This document shows, piece after piece, positions 36,226-45,540 of a stretch of DNA of 64,000 nucleotides. The position numbers and the translations under genes were made by a program. Below the pieces are notes generated by a model, which was not told the DNA's origin, did no database searches, and worked only from the letters and a program-made list of their open reading frames with translations. The stretch covers positions 1,031-65,030 of the forward strand of contig NZ_JAZQNU010000050.1 of the NCBI RefSeq assembly GCF_045627485.1, given 5' to 3'. Source of the DNA: Pedobacter sp. GTDB taxonomy: Bacteria > Bacteroidota > Bacteroidia > Sphingobacteriales > Sphingobacteriaceae. Every line of letters starts with the position of its first letter. Within the stretch, counting starts at the first letter, position 1.

Positions 36226-38618
36226 AATAGATGGTTTTTTCTGGCATACAACCTTGCGGCGATGCTGGTAAATAAGATGATGGTTACCGTGCTGATGGGC
36301 ATGAGTATAGCCGCAAAGAGGGGAGACATTAAGCCTTGAACAGCAAAGTACAAGCCTATGAAGTTATAGGTTAGGGAAATGACAAAGCTCATGTGGATGA
36401 CTTTCACGCCATCTTTTGCCTGTTGTATAAACTGGGGAATTTTATTGAAGTTAGCACCATCCAGGATGGCGTCGCATCCTGGCGTAAAGTTATTGATGTC
36501 GTCTGTTACGGCTACACCAAGGTCGCTTTGTTTCAGTGCACCTGCATCATTTAAGCCATCGCCAAACATTAATACTTTTCTGCCTTTATGCTGCAGGGCG
36601 AGTACATAATCGAGTTTGTTTTGTGGTGACTGCTGGAAATGCATTTGCTGTATCCTTGGGAAAAAGGGACTAAGGCTTATACGGTCATGGTCCTGGTCGC
36701 CAGACAGTAAATGAAGGTCGGCACGTTTACTCAGGCATGTAATTAATTCTTTAAAGCCTGTACGCCATTGCTGCCCCGAAAGGAAGTAGCCTTTGTAATC
36801 ATTGTTGATCACCACATGTACCTGACTTCCCTGAGGTAGATCTTGCTTGTCGAGGCCAAGAAAAGCAGCGCTGCCCAGTTTAATGTCCTGTCCGTTGACT
36901 GTTCCCATTACACCACGGCCAACTTTTTCCCGGTAATCTGATACCTGGTATTGTGTCGGTAGGTCAAGCCATTTAACCAGCTCACGGCTTAAAGGATGGC
37001 CCGAATTCCTGGCCAAGTCACTGATTGCCTGTTTTTCCTGAGAATTTAAATCACCTTTAAAATTAAAACCAGAGGCCTTTGGGTTGGTGATGGTGCCGGT
37101 TTTGTCGAAGATAAAGGTGTCTATTCGCGCCAGCTCTTCTATAACAGAGGTGTTTTTTAAATAAAACTTATTCCTGTCAAAAACACTTAGCACGGCTGCC
37201 AGTGTAAATGGGGAACTTAAAGCAAGTGCACAAGGGCAGGCAATTATAAGCACTGCCGTGAAAGATGCCCATGCTTTTGACGGATCAAAAATCAACCAGT
37301 AGATAGCCGACAGCGTAGCTACCAACACCAATACAATGCTGAAATATTTACTGGCTGTGCCGCTAAAAGTTTTAATTCGGTCCTTATCGGCAGTGAAGGT
37401 TTCATTATTCCATAACCTTGTGAGGTAACTCTGAGAAACCGGTTTAACCACTTCCAGTTCAATGGCGCCACCTAATTGTCGCCCACCTGCATAGACCACT
37501 TCGCCCAAAATTTTCTCTACCGGTTTCGATTCTCCGGTTACAAAGCTGAAGTCAAGTTTTGCAGTACCGTAAAGTAAAATGGCATCTGCAGGAATAATTT
37601 CATTGCTGCGGATCAAAATGCGGTGTCCCTTTTTTAAATCGCCTAAAGGCAAGGGTTTATCCTTTCCATTTTCAATGATGGTTACGGCAACAGGAAAGTA
37701 GGATCGGTAGTCTCTTTCGAAAGAAAGATGATGATAGGTATGTTGCTGCATCCATTTGCCCACAAGCAGGAAGAATACCAGCCCACAAAGGGTGTCGATA
37801 AAACCTGCGCCGGTGTAAGTGGCAATTTCTATCAGGGAGCGGATAAACATCACTGCTATACCGAGGGCCAGTGGAAAATCAAGGTTGAGCACCCCATTTT
37901 TTAAATTGAGCCAGGCAGATTTGAAATATTCTGTTGCACTATAGAATACCACCGGAAGGGCAAAGGCGATATTGAGCCAGCCAAAGAAGTTCTTGAACTC
38001 TGTTTCCAATGTGGATAGGCCAAAATATTCAGGAAAGCTGAGTAACATGGTGTTACCGAAGCAGAAACCAGCGACGGCGATTTTAGTAATCAAAGTGCGG
38101 TTATCATCGTTGTTTTGTTTTTCTTTAACAACATCCTGCAGACTGATCAGTGGTTCGTAGCCAATATTGGCAAGTGTTTCTACAACGGTTCTTAACGTTG
38201 CTTTATCATTTTTGAACGTAATGGCGACTTGTTTCTTTAAGAAATCGATCCTCGACTGTGTAATGGCGGGGTTGATTTTGTATAGGTTTTCCAATAACCA
38301 GATGCAGGAACTGCAGTGTATATTAGGAATATAAAAGGTTACCACCGTTACCTCTGCGTCGCAGTAATCAACCAGGCCAGCGGCAATGGCGGGTTCATCG
38401 AGATAGTCGAAATGTTGCTTAGGTTGCTGTTGTGTTTGTCCGGGCACATCATTGTATGCATAGTAGTTGCATAAATTATGGCTGGATAAAATCTGGTATA
38501 CGCCCTTGCATCCCAAACAACAAAATTGTCTGTCGTCTAGTGTATAAGGACTAGTGGGTAAGTCTTCGCCGCAGTGATAACAATGCGTTTCTACAGAAAT
38601 GGTGTTGGTGTTTGACAT
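36222..38618 (-). CDS. ccoI: Heavy-metal (Cu) P1B ATPase CcoI/FixI
   Basis: CYHCG..CCLGC N-terminus, HCSSC, ACPCAL, DKTGT, GDGLND. Confidence 0.95.
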   Translation of the reverse strand: MSNTNTISVETHCYHCGEDLPTSPYTLDDRQFCCLGCKGVYQILSSHNLCNYYAYNDVPGQTQQQPKQHFDYLDEPAIAAGLVDYCDAEVTVVTFYIPNIHCSSCIWLLENLYKINPAITQSRIDFLKKQVAITFKNDKATLRTVVETLANIGYEPLISLQDVVKEKQNNDDNRTLITKIAVAGFCFGNTMLLSFPEYFGLSTLETEFKNFFGWLNIAFALPVVFYSATEYFKSAWLNLKNGVLNLDFPLALGIAVMFIRSLIEIATYTGAGFIDTLCGLVFFLLVGKWMQQHTYHHLSFERDYRSYFPVAVTIIENGKDKPLPLGDLKKGHRILIRSNEIIPADAILLYGTAKLDFSFVTGESKPVEKILGEVVYAGGRQLGGAIELEVVKPVSQSYLTRLWNNETFTADKDRIKTFSGTASKYFSIVLVLVATLSAIYWLIFDPSKAWASFTAVLIIACPCALALSSPFTLAAVLSVFDRNKFYLKNTSVIEELARIDTFIFDKTGTITNPKASGFNFKGDLNSQEKQAISDLARNSGHPLSRELVKWLDLPTQYQVSDYREKVGRGVMGTVNGQDIKLGSAAFLGLDKQDLPQGSQVHVVINNDYKGYFLSGQQWRTGFKELITCLSKRADLHLLSGDQDHDRISLSPFFPRIQQMHFQQSPQNKLDYVLALQHKGRKVLMFGDGLNDAGALKQSDLGVAVTDDINNFTPGCDAILDGANFNKIPQFIQQAKDGVKVIHMSFVISLTYNFIGLYFAVQGLMSPLFAAILMPISTVTIILFTSIAARLYARKNHLL

Positions 38619-38689
38619 AGCTAAACGGTATGTTGCAAAGTTGTAACACCGGGCGCTATGCTAAAATGACAAGCCTACTTACTAAAATG

Positions 38690-38701
38690 TGACAGGGATC
38701 A
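38690..38701. promoter_or_regulatory. Fnr-type box TGAC-AGGG-ATCA upstream of ccoI
   Basis: Perfect TGAY-N4-RTCA, extended GTGAC..ATCAC, 71 nt upstream of ccoI; overlaps the stop of the nei-like gene. Confidence 0.65.
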
Positions 38702-39439
38702 CTTATTGTAAAGCTGCTGGCAATTATTGCAGAAGAAAGTTCGGCGGTTTGTTTTGCCGAGATACTCCTTAATCATGGGTAGGTTGCACCTAAGGCAGGT
38801 GCGCTTGGTATGGGCCAGCCAATGTTTTTTAAGGGTAAATTCTTTTTTCCAGCGCAGGAAGTCGTAGCTGTAAATGCGTGCCTCACGTACCATCTGCAAT
38901 AGTAGATCTGGAGGTAAGGCACCTACCTGGCTGCTAGGGTGTACATATATCCGGTAAAGGACTTCGTTTTTGATGATGTTTCCTACGCCGGCAAAGATGT
39001 CCTGATCAAGAAGGGCATCGCAGACTAAAGTTTTGGGTTGCTTCTTTAGTTTGTTGATGGCGGCATGTTCATCCCACGTGGGCGACAATACATCGGCCGA
39101 CCAGTCGTAAACCAGATCAGGATCACCTTCTATAATTTTGAGGGAACAACCATAAAAGTTAAGTTCAGCATTTTCAAAGTGTAAACTTAAGCGGACAGGT
39201 GTTTCCTTGCGCTCGTTAATCCGATAGGTACCAAACAATAGAAAGTGAACCCTAAGGCTAAAGTCGGGGAAGCAGAGCAGAAAGTGCTTGCCCCAACTTT
39301 TAATGGCAGTTATAGGTTCACCAGACATTCGATCTTTTTCAATCGAGGTATTTCCTGCTACCGCGATTACTTTTTGCCCTTTCAGTTTTAATGGCTCTAA
39401 CAGTTCTTTAAGGATTACAATTGATGGACCTTCGGGCAT
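38699..39439 (-). CDS. Fpg/Nei family DNA glycosylase (endonuclease VIII-like)
   Basis: N-terminal MPEG, H2TH motif LLDQDIFAGVGNI, C-terminal CLRC..CNNC zinc finger. Confidence 0.93.
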   Translation of the reverse strand: MPEGPSIVILKELLEPLKLKGQKVIAVAGNTSIEKDRMSGEPITAIKSWGKHFLLCFPDFSLRVHFLLFGTYRINERKETPVRLSLHFENAELNFYGCSLKIIEGDPDLVYDWSADVLSPTWDEHAAINKLKKQPKTLVCDALLDQDIFAGVGNIIKNEVLYRIYVHPSSQVGALPPDLLLQMVREARIYSYDFLRWKKEFTLKKHWLAHTKRTCLRCNLPMIKEYLGKTNRRTFFCNNCQQLYNK

Positions 39440-39443
39440 ATGT

Positions 39444-40490
39444 TTAATTTAGGGAAGCCATGTCGATAACAAAACGGTAATGCACATCGCCGGCCAGGGT
39501 ACGCTCGTACGCTTCATTAATCTGGTCGATGGAAATCATTTCAACATCGGAGGTGATGCCATGTTCGGCACAGTAGTCGAGCATTTCCTGGGTTTCTTTT
39601 ATTCCGCCAACCAGAGAGCCCACCAGGCTCCGGCGTCCGCCGATCAAAAGAAATGCCTCTACAGTAGACGGCTCAGGAGGAGCGCCTACTACAATCATCA
39701 CCCCATTTGTATTTAACAAAGGCAGGTAAGCGTTATAGTCGTGTTTTGCCGAAACCGTGTCGATGATGAAATCAAAATGATTCGCCAGTTTCTCCTTCGT
39801 TTCTTTTTTTGTTGTGATCTCGAAGTGATGTGCACCTAATCTTTCAGCATCTTTTTGTTTCGAAGCCGAGCGGCTTAATACAGTAACGATCGCACCCATG
39901 GAAGCAGCAAGTTTAACGGCCATATGGCCTAAACCGCCTAAGCCTACCACAGCCAGTTTATCACCTGCTTTTACGTTCCAGTGTTTTAAAGGAGAATAGG
40001 TAGTAATTCCTGCGCAAAGTAATGGTGCTACCTTCTCAAGTGGTAATTTATCTGAAACACTGAGTACGAATTTCTCCGTAACTACGATGTGACTGGAATA
40101 ACCGCCATAAGTGATTGTTTTTTTGTCCTGCAACAGGGAATTGTAGGTTTGGGAATTGCCATTTTCGCAATATTGTTCCTGGTGATTATTGCAGTTTTTG
40201 CAGTGGCCACAAGAATCTACGAAGCAACCTACACCTACTGTATCACCCACTTTAAAACGGCTTACTTGTTGGCCAACACGTGTAACAGTACCCACTATTT
40301 CATGCCCGGGAACTACGGGGTACATGGTGCCGCCCCACTCATTTCTTGCTGTATGGATGTCGGAGTGACAAACACCACAATATAATATTTTAATTTCCAC
40401 ATCGTCAGCTAATGGCTCTCTGCGGTTTAACTGGTAAGGTTCTAGAGGTTTGTCTGCACTTTTGGCAGCATATGATTTAATACCATTCAT
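39444..40490 (-). CDS. Zn-dependent NAD(P) alcohol dehydrogenase (cinnamyl-ADH/YahK-like)
   Basis: CGVCHSD, GHEIVG, CGHCKNC, PLLCAGITTYSP, GLGGLG, RFVID. Confidence 0.95.
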   Translation of the reverse strand: MNGIKSYAAKSADKPLEPYQLNRREPLADDVEIKILYCGVCHSDIHTARNEWGGTMYPVVPGHEIVGTVTRVGQQVSRFKVGDTVGVGCFVDSCGHCKNCNNHQEQYCENGNSQTYNSLLQDKKTITYGGYSSHIVVTEKFVLSVSDKLPLEKVAPLLCAGITTYSPLKHWNVKAGDKLAVVGLGGLGHMAVKLAASMGAIVTVLSRSASKQKDAERLGAHHFEITTKKETKEKLANHFDFIIDTVSAKHDYNAYLPLLNTNGVMIVVGAPPEPSTVEAFLLIGGRRSLVGSLVGGIKETQEMLDYCAEHGITSDVEMISIDQINEAYERTLAGDVHYRFVIDMASLN

Positions 40491-40527
40491 TCGTAGCTAT
40501 TTAGGGTATAGTATTTTCGGTTATAAG

Positions 40528-40551
40528 AACAAAAATAGGTGCGCATTGTTC
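40528..40551 (-). promoter_or_regulatory. GAAC-N16-TGTT element (putative ECF-sigma promoter; symmetric)
   Basis: Minus strand GAAC-aatgcgcacctatttt-TGTTCTTA, 37 nt upstream of the ADH; the plus strand also reads GAAC-N16-TGTT. Confidence 0.55.
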
Positions 40552-40803
40552 TGCCTAAATTTAAGGATGGGTAAACAATTCCGCCTTCCTTCGGTTAAGT
40601 TTGAAGCATGAGCAATTATCCAATGATACGTTATTATGACAGTATAGCCGTATGCGCTCATAATGAAATAACGGATTTAACGTTCTATAACCGTTCATTG
40701 ATAATTTTCTTTAATTTAGCGCTATTGTGAATTAAATTGAAAAATTCATTCACTGAACATAAAAAGTTGAACTTATAGCGTAATAACATAAATTATTTTT
40801 TAA

Positions 40804-41292
40804 ATGCCATCAAATATTCTAATTAAATGCGGCAAAACACTACAGGAAAAAAACTTAACCGTAGTATTCGCCGAAAGTGTGACTGCAGGTAGACTATGTG
40901 CCGAGTTTTCTTTATTGGAAAACGCGGGAAAATTTCTAAAAGGAAGTTTAGTGACCTATGATGCTGGATTGAAACAAGACAATCTTAATGTGCCAAGATC
41001 GCTGATCGACGATTATACGCCGGAATCAGCCGAAGTAACTGAAGCCATGACTATGGGCTTAAGAGACCTTGTTCCTGCCGATATTTATTTATCCATTACA
41101 GGTTTAAATAGTGAAGGGGGGAGTGAGACTAAAACTAAACCAGTGGGTACTATTTTTATTCATGGTTTATATGGTAACATTGAAATAAAGGATCGTAGTG
41201 TTTTCAAAGGCTCACCGAAAAAAATTGTGATGCAGGCCATTGAACGCGTGGCATTTTTAATTCACGAGGCAATAACGTTGGATGAGCAATAA
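40804..41292 (+). CDS. CinA C-terminal domain protein (NMN deamidase PncC-like)
   Basis: AESVTAG, GSLVTY..K..L.V, SAEVTEAM, ITGL..GG..KPVGTIFI. Confidence 0.9.
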   Translation: MPSNILIKCGKTLQEKNLTVVFAESVTAGRLCAEFSLLENAGKFLKGSLVTYDAGLKQDNLNVPRSLIDDYTPESAEVTEAMTMGLRDLVPADIYLSITGLNSEGGSETKTKPVGTIFIHGLYGNIEIKDRSVFKGSPKKIVMQAIERVAFLIHEAITLDEQ

Positions 41293-41336
41293 AAGGAGAA
41301 AAATAACGTCTTAACTAGTAGAGCGTTAATTAGATG

Positions 41337-41376
41337 GCGGGGACTCGGTTATAATAACTGTGTCCCCGTTTTTTTT
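41337..41376 (+). terminator. Intrinsic terminator
   Basis: GCGGGGAC-TCGGTTAT..ATAACTGT-GTCCCCGT followed by a T tract. Confidence 0.75.
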
Positions 41377-41449
41377 CCTTTACCAACTTAAAATCTAATG
41401 ATTTAAGGCATTCTTTTAAACGTGAAAATTCCCTAGCTTTAATAAATAT

Positions 41450-42055
41450 ATGAGTGAGGATAGGAATAATGAAGAATTAATACTCGGAGTGGTTTCTCAT
41501 GTTCTGAGTTTTGCAGTTGGTGAATTATGTAAGTATGGTTTTCTTCTTGCTTTTGAAAAAGAGCTTTCTGATTTGAAGGGGTTGGTGAAAGCCGATTCTG
41601 TTTTCGAAAAAGATATGGAATTACTGGCAGACATCAAGGATCCAGCTGTGCAGTTATTGCTAAGTTCAATTAATAAAGTTGTGGATCATATTCAGATCCA
41701 TATTATCATCAATGGATTGGATGAATACGCAGTGATGACCGATGAGGTCTGCCATCAGCATGCGTCGAATAATTACCATTATTATGTTGACGAAGGGATA
41801 GGGCAAGATTACGAATCCCTTATTTTGGAGGCACTTGATCTTTATTTTTCCTTAATGCACCTGATTTTTCACACCGCTTTCCAACTGCGCCTTAAAGATA
41901 TAGACCTGCCAGACAATGTACTGGAGAATTTCTATTTTGACTTTCTGGATGTGTTAGATAACAATATGCCTGCAGAAGATAAAAACGTGCAATTGCTATA
42001 CGGTTTGATTGTTACTTTAAACGAAGATGCGTCGGCATTAGCTCAATTGACGTAG
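41450..42055 (+). CDS. Hypothetical acidic helical protein
   Basis: 201-aa ORF with no recognisable motif. Confidence 0.75.
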   Translation: MSEDRNNEELILGVVSHVLSFAVGELCKYGFLLAFEKELSDLKGLVKADSVFEKDMELLADIKDPAVQLLLSSINKVVDHIQIHIIINGLDEYAVMTDEVCHQHASNNYHYYVDEGIGQDYESLILEALDLYFSLMHLIFHTAFQLRLKDIDLPDNVLENFYFDFLDVLDNNMPAEDKNVQLLYGLIVTLNEDASALAQLT

Positions 42056-42108
42056 AATTTCCAGCAAAAAAAAAGCCCCACATGGAGCTTTAAAGAATGT
42101 TGGTAATA

Positions 42109-42435
42109 TTAAAAGGAGAAATCATCGTTTGTTTTTGTGCCGTTATGCTCTGAATTCTCTGAGTACTCATAACGCTTTTCTACCACTTCCTGGTGGTTCT
42201 TGATGTAATCAACGGTTTCGTTCAATCCTTCGGCAAATTTTTCAAAATCTTCTTTGTACAAAAAGATTTTATGCTTTACAAAAAGGCCATCTTCCAGTCT
42301 TTTTTTGCTTTCCGTTAAGGTTAAGTAGTAGTCACCTGATCGTGTTGCTTTTACATCGAAAAAATAAGTTCTTTTACCTGCCCTTACTTTTTTAGAAAAC
42401 ACCTCTTCTCTCTCTTTGTTGTCAAATTCTCCCAT
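42109..42435 (-). CDS. DUF3276 / PUR-family nucleic-acid-binding protein
   Basis: FSKKVRAGKRTYFFDVKATRSGDYYLTLTESKK..KHKIFLYKEDF. Start placed at MGEFDNK. Confidence 0.93.
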   Translation of the reverse strand: MGEFDNKEREEVFSKKVRAGKRTYFFDVKATRSGDYYLTLTESKKRLEDGLFVKHKIFLYKEDFEKFAEGLNETVDYIKNHQEVVEKRYEYSENSEHNGTKTNDDFSF

Positions 42436-42503
42436 GGTTGGTATTGATCTTAGTTTTGGTTCGGGTAAATATAAAGCAATAATTTTCAAAGTTCAAAATA
42501 GAA

Positions 42504-44294
42504 TTACACAGAATTATTCTCTTCTTCCAGTAATTGATGTTGATACATCTCCTTGTAGATTCCGTTCAGTTCTAACAGCTCCTGGTGGGTTCCACGTTCG
42601 GCAATTTTCCCATGTTCAAGCACAATGATAATGTCTGCGTTTTTTATCGTAGAGATACGGTGTGCGATGAGTATGCTGGTTTTTTCACTTCTGGTTCTGC
42701 CAAGATTACGCAATATTTCCTCTTCCGTTTTGGTGTCCACGGCAGAAAGGCAGTCGTCAAAAATGAGCAGTTTAGGATCCTTAATTATCGCTCTTGCAAT
42801 GGACACGCGCTGTTTCTGCCCTCCCGAGAGGGTAATCCCTCTTTCACCGAGCATGGTTTCAAACTTCTTATCAAAGTCCATGATGTTGTTGTAAACTGCA
42901 GCATTTTTAGCGGCATTGGCCACTTCCTCATCTACAGCCTGATCCAGGCCAAAAGCGATATTGTTTTTAATGGTATCAGAAAAAAGGAAAACCTCTTGTG
43001 GAACAAAGCCTATCTGGTTACGGTACACGCTCAGGTCAAGATCTTTAATGTCATGATTATCGATTAAAATTTCACCCTTATCCACATCGTACATACGCAT
43101 AATCAGGTTAACCAGAGTTGATTTACCAGAACCTGTGCGCCCGATAATGGCGGCCAATTGTCCTTTTTTGATATCGAAACTTACGTTTTGTATGGCCTGT
43201 ATCCCTGTATCAGGGTAAGTGAAACTCACATCTTTGAAGCTGATGTTACCCTGCAGGTCTGCTAGTTTAACGGGGCCCGAGGAGATATCTGTTTTTAAGT
43301 TTAAGAACTCATTTATTCTTTTTTGGGAGGCGGCGGCCCGCTGTATAAGTGTAGTTACCCAACCCAGCATAGTAACCGGGAAGGTCAATTGATTTACATA
43401 GACAATGAATTCAGCAATGTTTCCTGCGGTTATTGATCCGTTAATCACTTGTTTTCCACCTATAAACACTGTAAGAATGATACTTAAGCCAATTAACAAC
43501 AACATGGTCGGATAAAAGAAGGCCTGAACTTTTACCAGGCTCATTGAATTGCGTTTGTAGGTTTCACTTTCCTGCGCAAATATTTTCCTGGTATCTTCTT
43601 CCCGCACATAGGATTTGATCACCCGGATACCTGAAAAACGTTCCTGTACAAAGCTGGATAAGGTAGAAAGCTGTTCCTGAATCCTTTCACTTTTTTTGTT
43701 AATTAGAGTGTTTACAAAGTAGATGATCACCACAAGGATGGGCAGTGGCAGTAAACAGTAGGTTGCCAGTGTGGCATTAACCGAATACATGTAAGAGATG
43801 ATCAGTAAAAAAAGAACTACCGTGTTGATGGTATACATTATTGCCGGACCGACATACATGCGCACACGGTTAACATCTTCGGTTGCGCGGTTCATCAAAT
43901 CGCCAGTATTGTTTTTTCGGTAAAAGCCCAGGCTCAGCTCCTGGTAATGTGCATAGATCTCGTTCTTCATGTCGAATTCGATATGCCTGGACATGAGAAT
44001 AATGGTTTGGCGCATGAAAAACAGGAACAATCCGCGGACCATGTACAGTAGGATAACCAAAACACCAAAGTAGAGTAAACTATAGCTGAAAATATCATAT
44101 ATAATGGCCTGTCTTTCGAAACCGGAAAACAATCTGTAGATCTGAATATTTTCGGTAATCAGGTTAAAGGCATGCCCGATTACCTGGGCAGGAATAACAG
44201 CAAAGATATTAGAGATAATTACGAAAAAAATGCCTGGAATAATCCACCATTTGTATTTATAAAAGTATTTATTTAAAAAACGAAGGTGCTTCAT
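42504..44294 (-). CDS. ABC transporter, fused permease/ATPase (exporter type)
   Basis: TMD plus GRTGSGKST, LSGGQKQR, FDDCLSAVD. Confidence 0.95.
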   Translation of the reverse strand: MKHLRFLNKYFYKYKWWIIPGIFFVIISNIFAVIPAQVIGHAFNLITENIQIYRLFSGFERQAIIYDIFSYSLLYFGVLVILLYMVRGLFLFFMRQTIILMSRHIEFDMKNEIYAHYQELSLGFYRKNNTGDLMNRATEDVNRVRMYVGPAIMYTINTVVLFLLIISYMYSVNATLATYCLLPLPILVVIIYFVNTLINKKSERIQEQLSTLSSFVQERFSGIRVIKSYVREEDTRKIFAQESETYKRNSMSLVKVQAFFYPTMLLLIGLSIILTVFIGGKQVINGSITAGNIAEFIVYVNQLTFPVTMLGWVTTLIQRAAASQKRINEFLNLKTDISSGPVKLADLQGNISFKDVSFTYPDTGIQAIQNVSFDIKKGQLAAIIGRTGSGKSTLVNLIMRMYDVDKGEILIDNHDIKDLDLSVYRNQIGFVPQEVFLFSDTIKNNIAFGLDQAVDEEVANAAKNAAVYNNIMDFDKKFETMLGERGITLSGGQKQRVSIARAIIKDPKLLIFDDCLSAVDTKTEEEILRNLGRTRSEKTSILIAHRISTIKNADIIIVLEHGKIAERGTHQELLELNGIYKEMYQHQLLEEENNSV

Positions 44295-44406
44295 CAAGAG
44301 GTAAAGTTATACAAATAGCCCCGATTATTTTATACACTTTAGTTTTAAGAAGTGAAATAACGTTTTTTTATGCTAATTTTGCGACGTATCTGGTAATTCT
44401 AAATCT

Positions 44407-45495
44407 ATGTCTGGTAAGAGTCCCGTTGAAACTTCAATATTAGAGCAATTAACTGCGTTAGGTCATAAAAAAGTAGTCTTTTGTAATGACCCAGATTCCG
44501 GCTTAAAAGCTATTATTGCGGTGCACGACACCACACTTGGACCGGCGATAGGTGGAACAAGAATGTGGAATTACAGCTCAGAAGCAGAGGCGCTTGAAGA
44601 TGTCTTGCGTTTATCTAGAGGAATGACTTACAAGGCTGCTATCACGGGAATAAACCTTGGCGGAGGTAAAGCGGTTATTATCGGAGATTCCCGTAAAGGG
44701 AAATCCGAAGCCATGATGCGCAGTTACGGACGTTTCATTAACAATCTTAATGGCGAATTCATTACCGCAGAGGATGTAGGTACCACCACCAAGGATATGG
44801 AGTATATCCGTATGGAAACCAAACATGTTACTGGCGTTCCTGAATCTATTGGTGGGGCAGGTGATCCATCACCTTATACTGCGAAAGGAGTTTACTTAGG
44901 CATTAAGGCTTGTGTGAAAGAAGTGTTTGGCACAGACATGCTTGCTGGTAAATCAGTTGTGGTGCAAGGTATCGGAAGTGTAGGTGAACATTTAGTTGAA
45001 TTGCTGCGAAATGAAAATGTAGAAGTTTTTATCAGTGATATTGATGACGAGCGCCTGCAATACGTGGCCAGTAAATATAAAGCCAGACCAGTTGATGCGG
45101 ACAAAATATTTTCTATCGATGCGGATATCTATGCACCATGTGCTTTAGGTGCCACGGTAAATGACAGAACAATTCCTAATATGAAGTTTTCTATTATCGC
45201 TGGTTCTGCAAACAATCCCTTAGCCGACGAGCAAAAACATGGACAGATGCTGATGGAAAAGAACATCCTTTTTGCACCTGATTACCTGATCAATGCAGGT
45301 GGTTTGATCAATTGTTATTCGGAATTAACCGGTTTTGGTAAGAAACGTACCATGCAGCTAACCGAAAACATATATGATGCAACAAGAAACGTTATCCAGT
45401 TGTCAAAGAAAGAAAATATCTCCACTATTATAGCTGCTAACCGGATTGCTGAACAAAGGATTGCGGATATAAAAAAAATTAAAACATCATATTAA
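44407..45495 (+). CDS. Glu/Leu/Phe/Val dehydrogenase (leucine dehydrogenase-like)
   Basis: LGPAIGGTR, MTYKAA, GGGKAVII, TAEDVGT, PDYLINAGG. -7 element TAATTTTG at 44373. Confidence 0.93.
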   Translation: MSGKSPVETSILEQLTALGHKKVVFCNDPDSGLKAIIAVHDTTLGPAIGGTRMWNYSSEAEALEDVLRLSRGMTYKAAITGINLGGGKAVIIGDSRKGKSEAMMRSYGRFINNLNGEFITAEDVGTTTKDMEYIRMETKHVTGVPESIGGAGDPSPYTAKGVYLGIKACVKEVFGTDMLAGKSVVVQGIGSVGEHLVELLRNENVEVFISDIDDERLQYVASKYKARPVDADKIFSIDADIYAPCALGATVNDRTIPNMKFSIIAGSANNPLADEQKHGQMLMEKNILFAPDYLINAGGLINCYSELTGFGKKRTMQLTENIYDATRNVIQLSKKENISTIIAANRIAEQRIADIKKIKTSY

Positions 45496-45540
45496 TAATT
45501 AATAAATAATCAGGTAAATTTACCACTCGTTCTTACATTC

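Noticed and set aside
39468-39500. Possible internal stress-element promoter for the nei-like gene
   Set aside because: TGTT is present on the minus strand but there is no AAC at 16-17 nt spacing; the 4-nt gap favours an operon with the ADH.
40608-40730. 40-aa ORF MSNYPMIRYY... between ADH and cinA
   Set aside because: No recognisable motif; an ORF this short is expected by chance in an AT-rich spacer.
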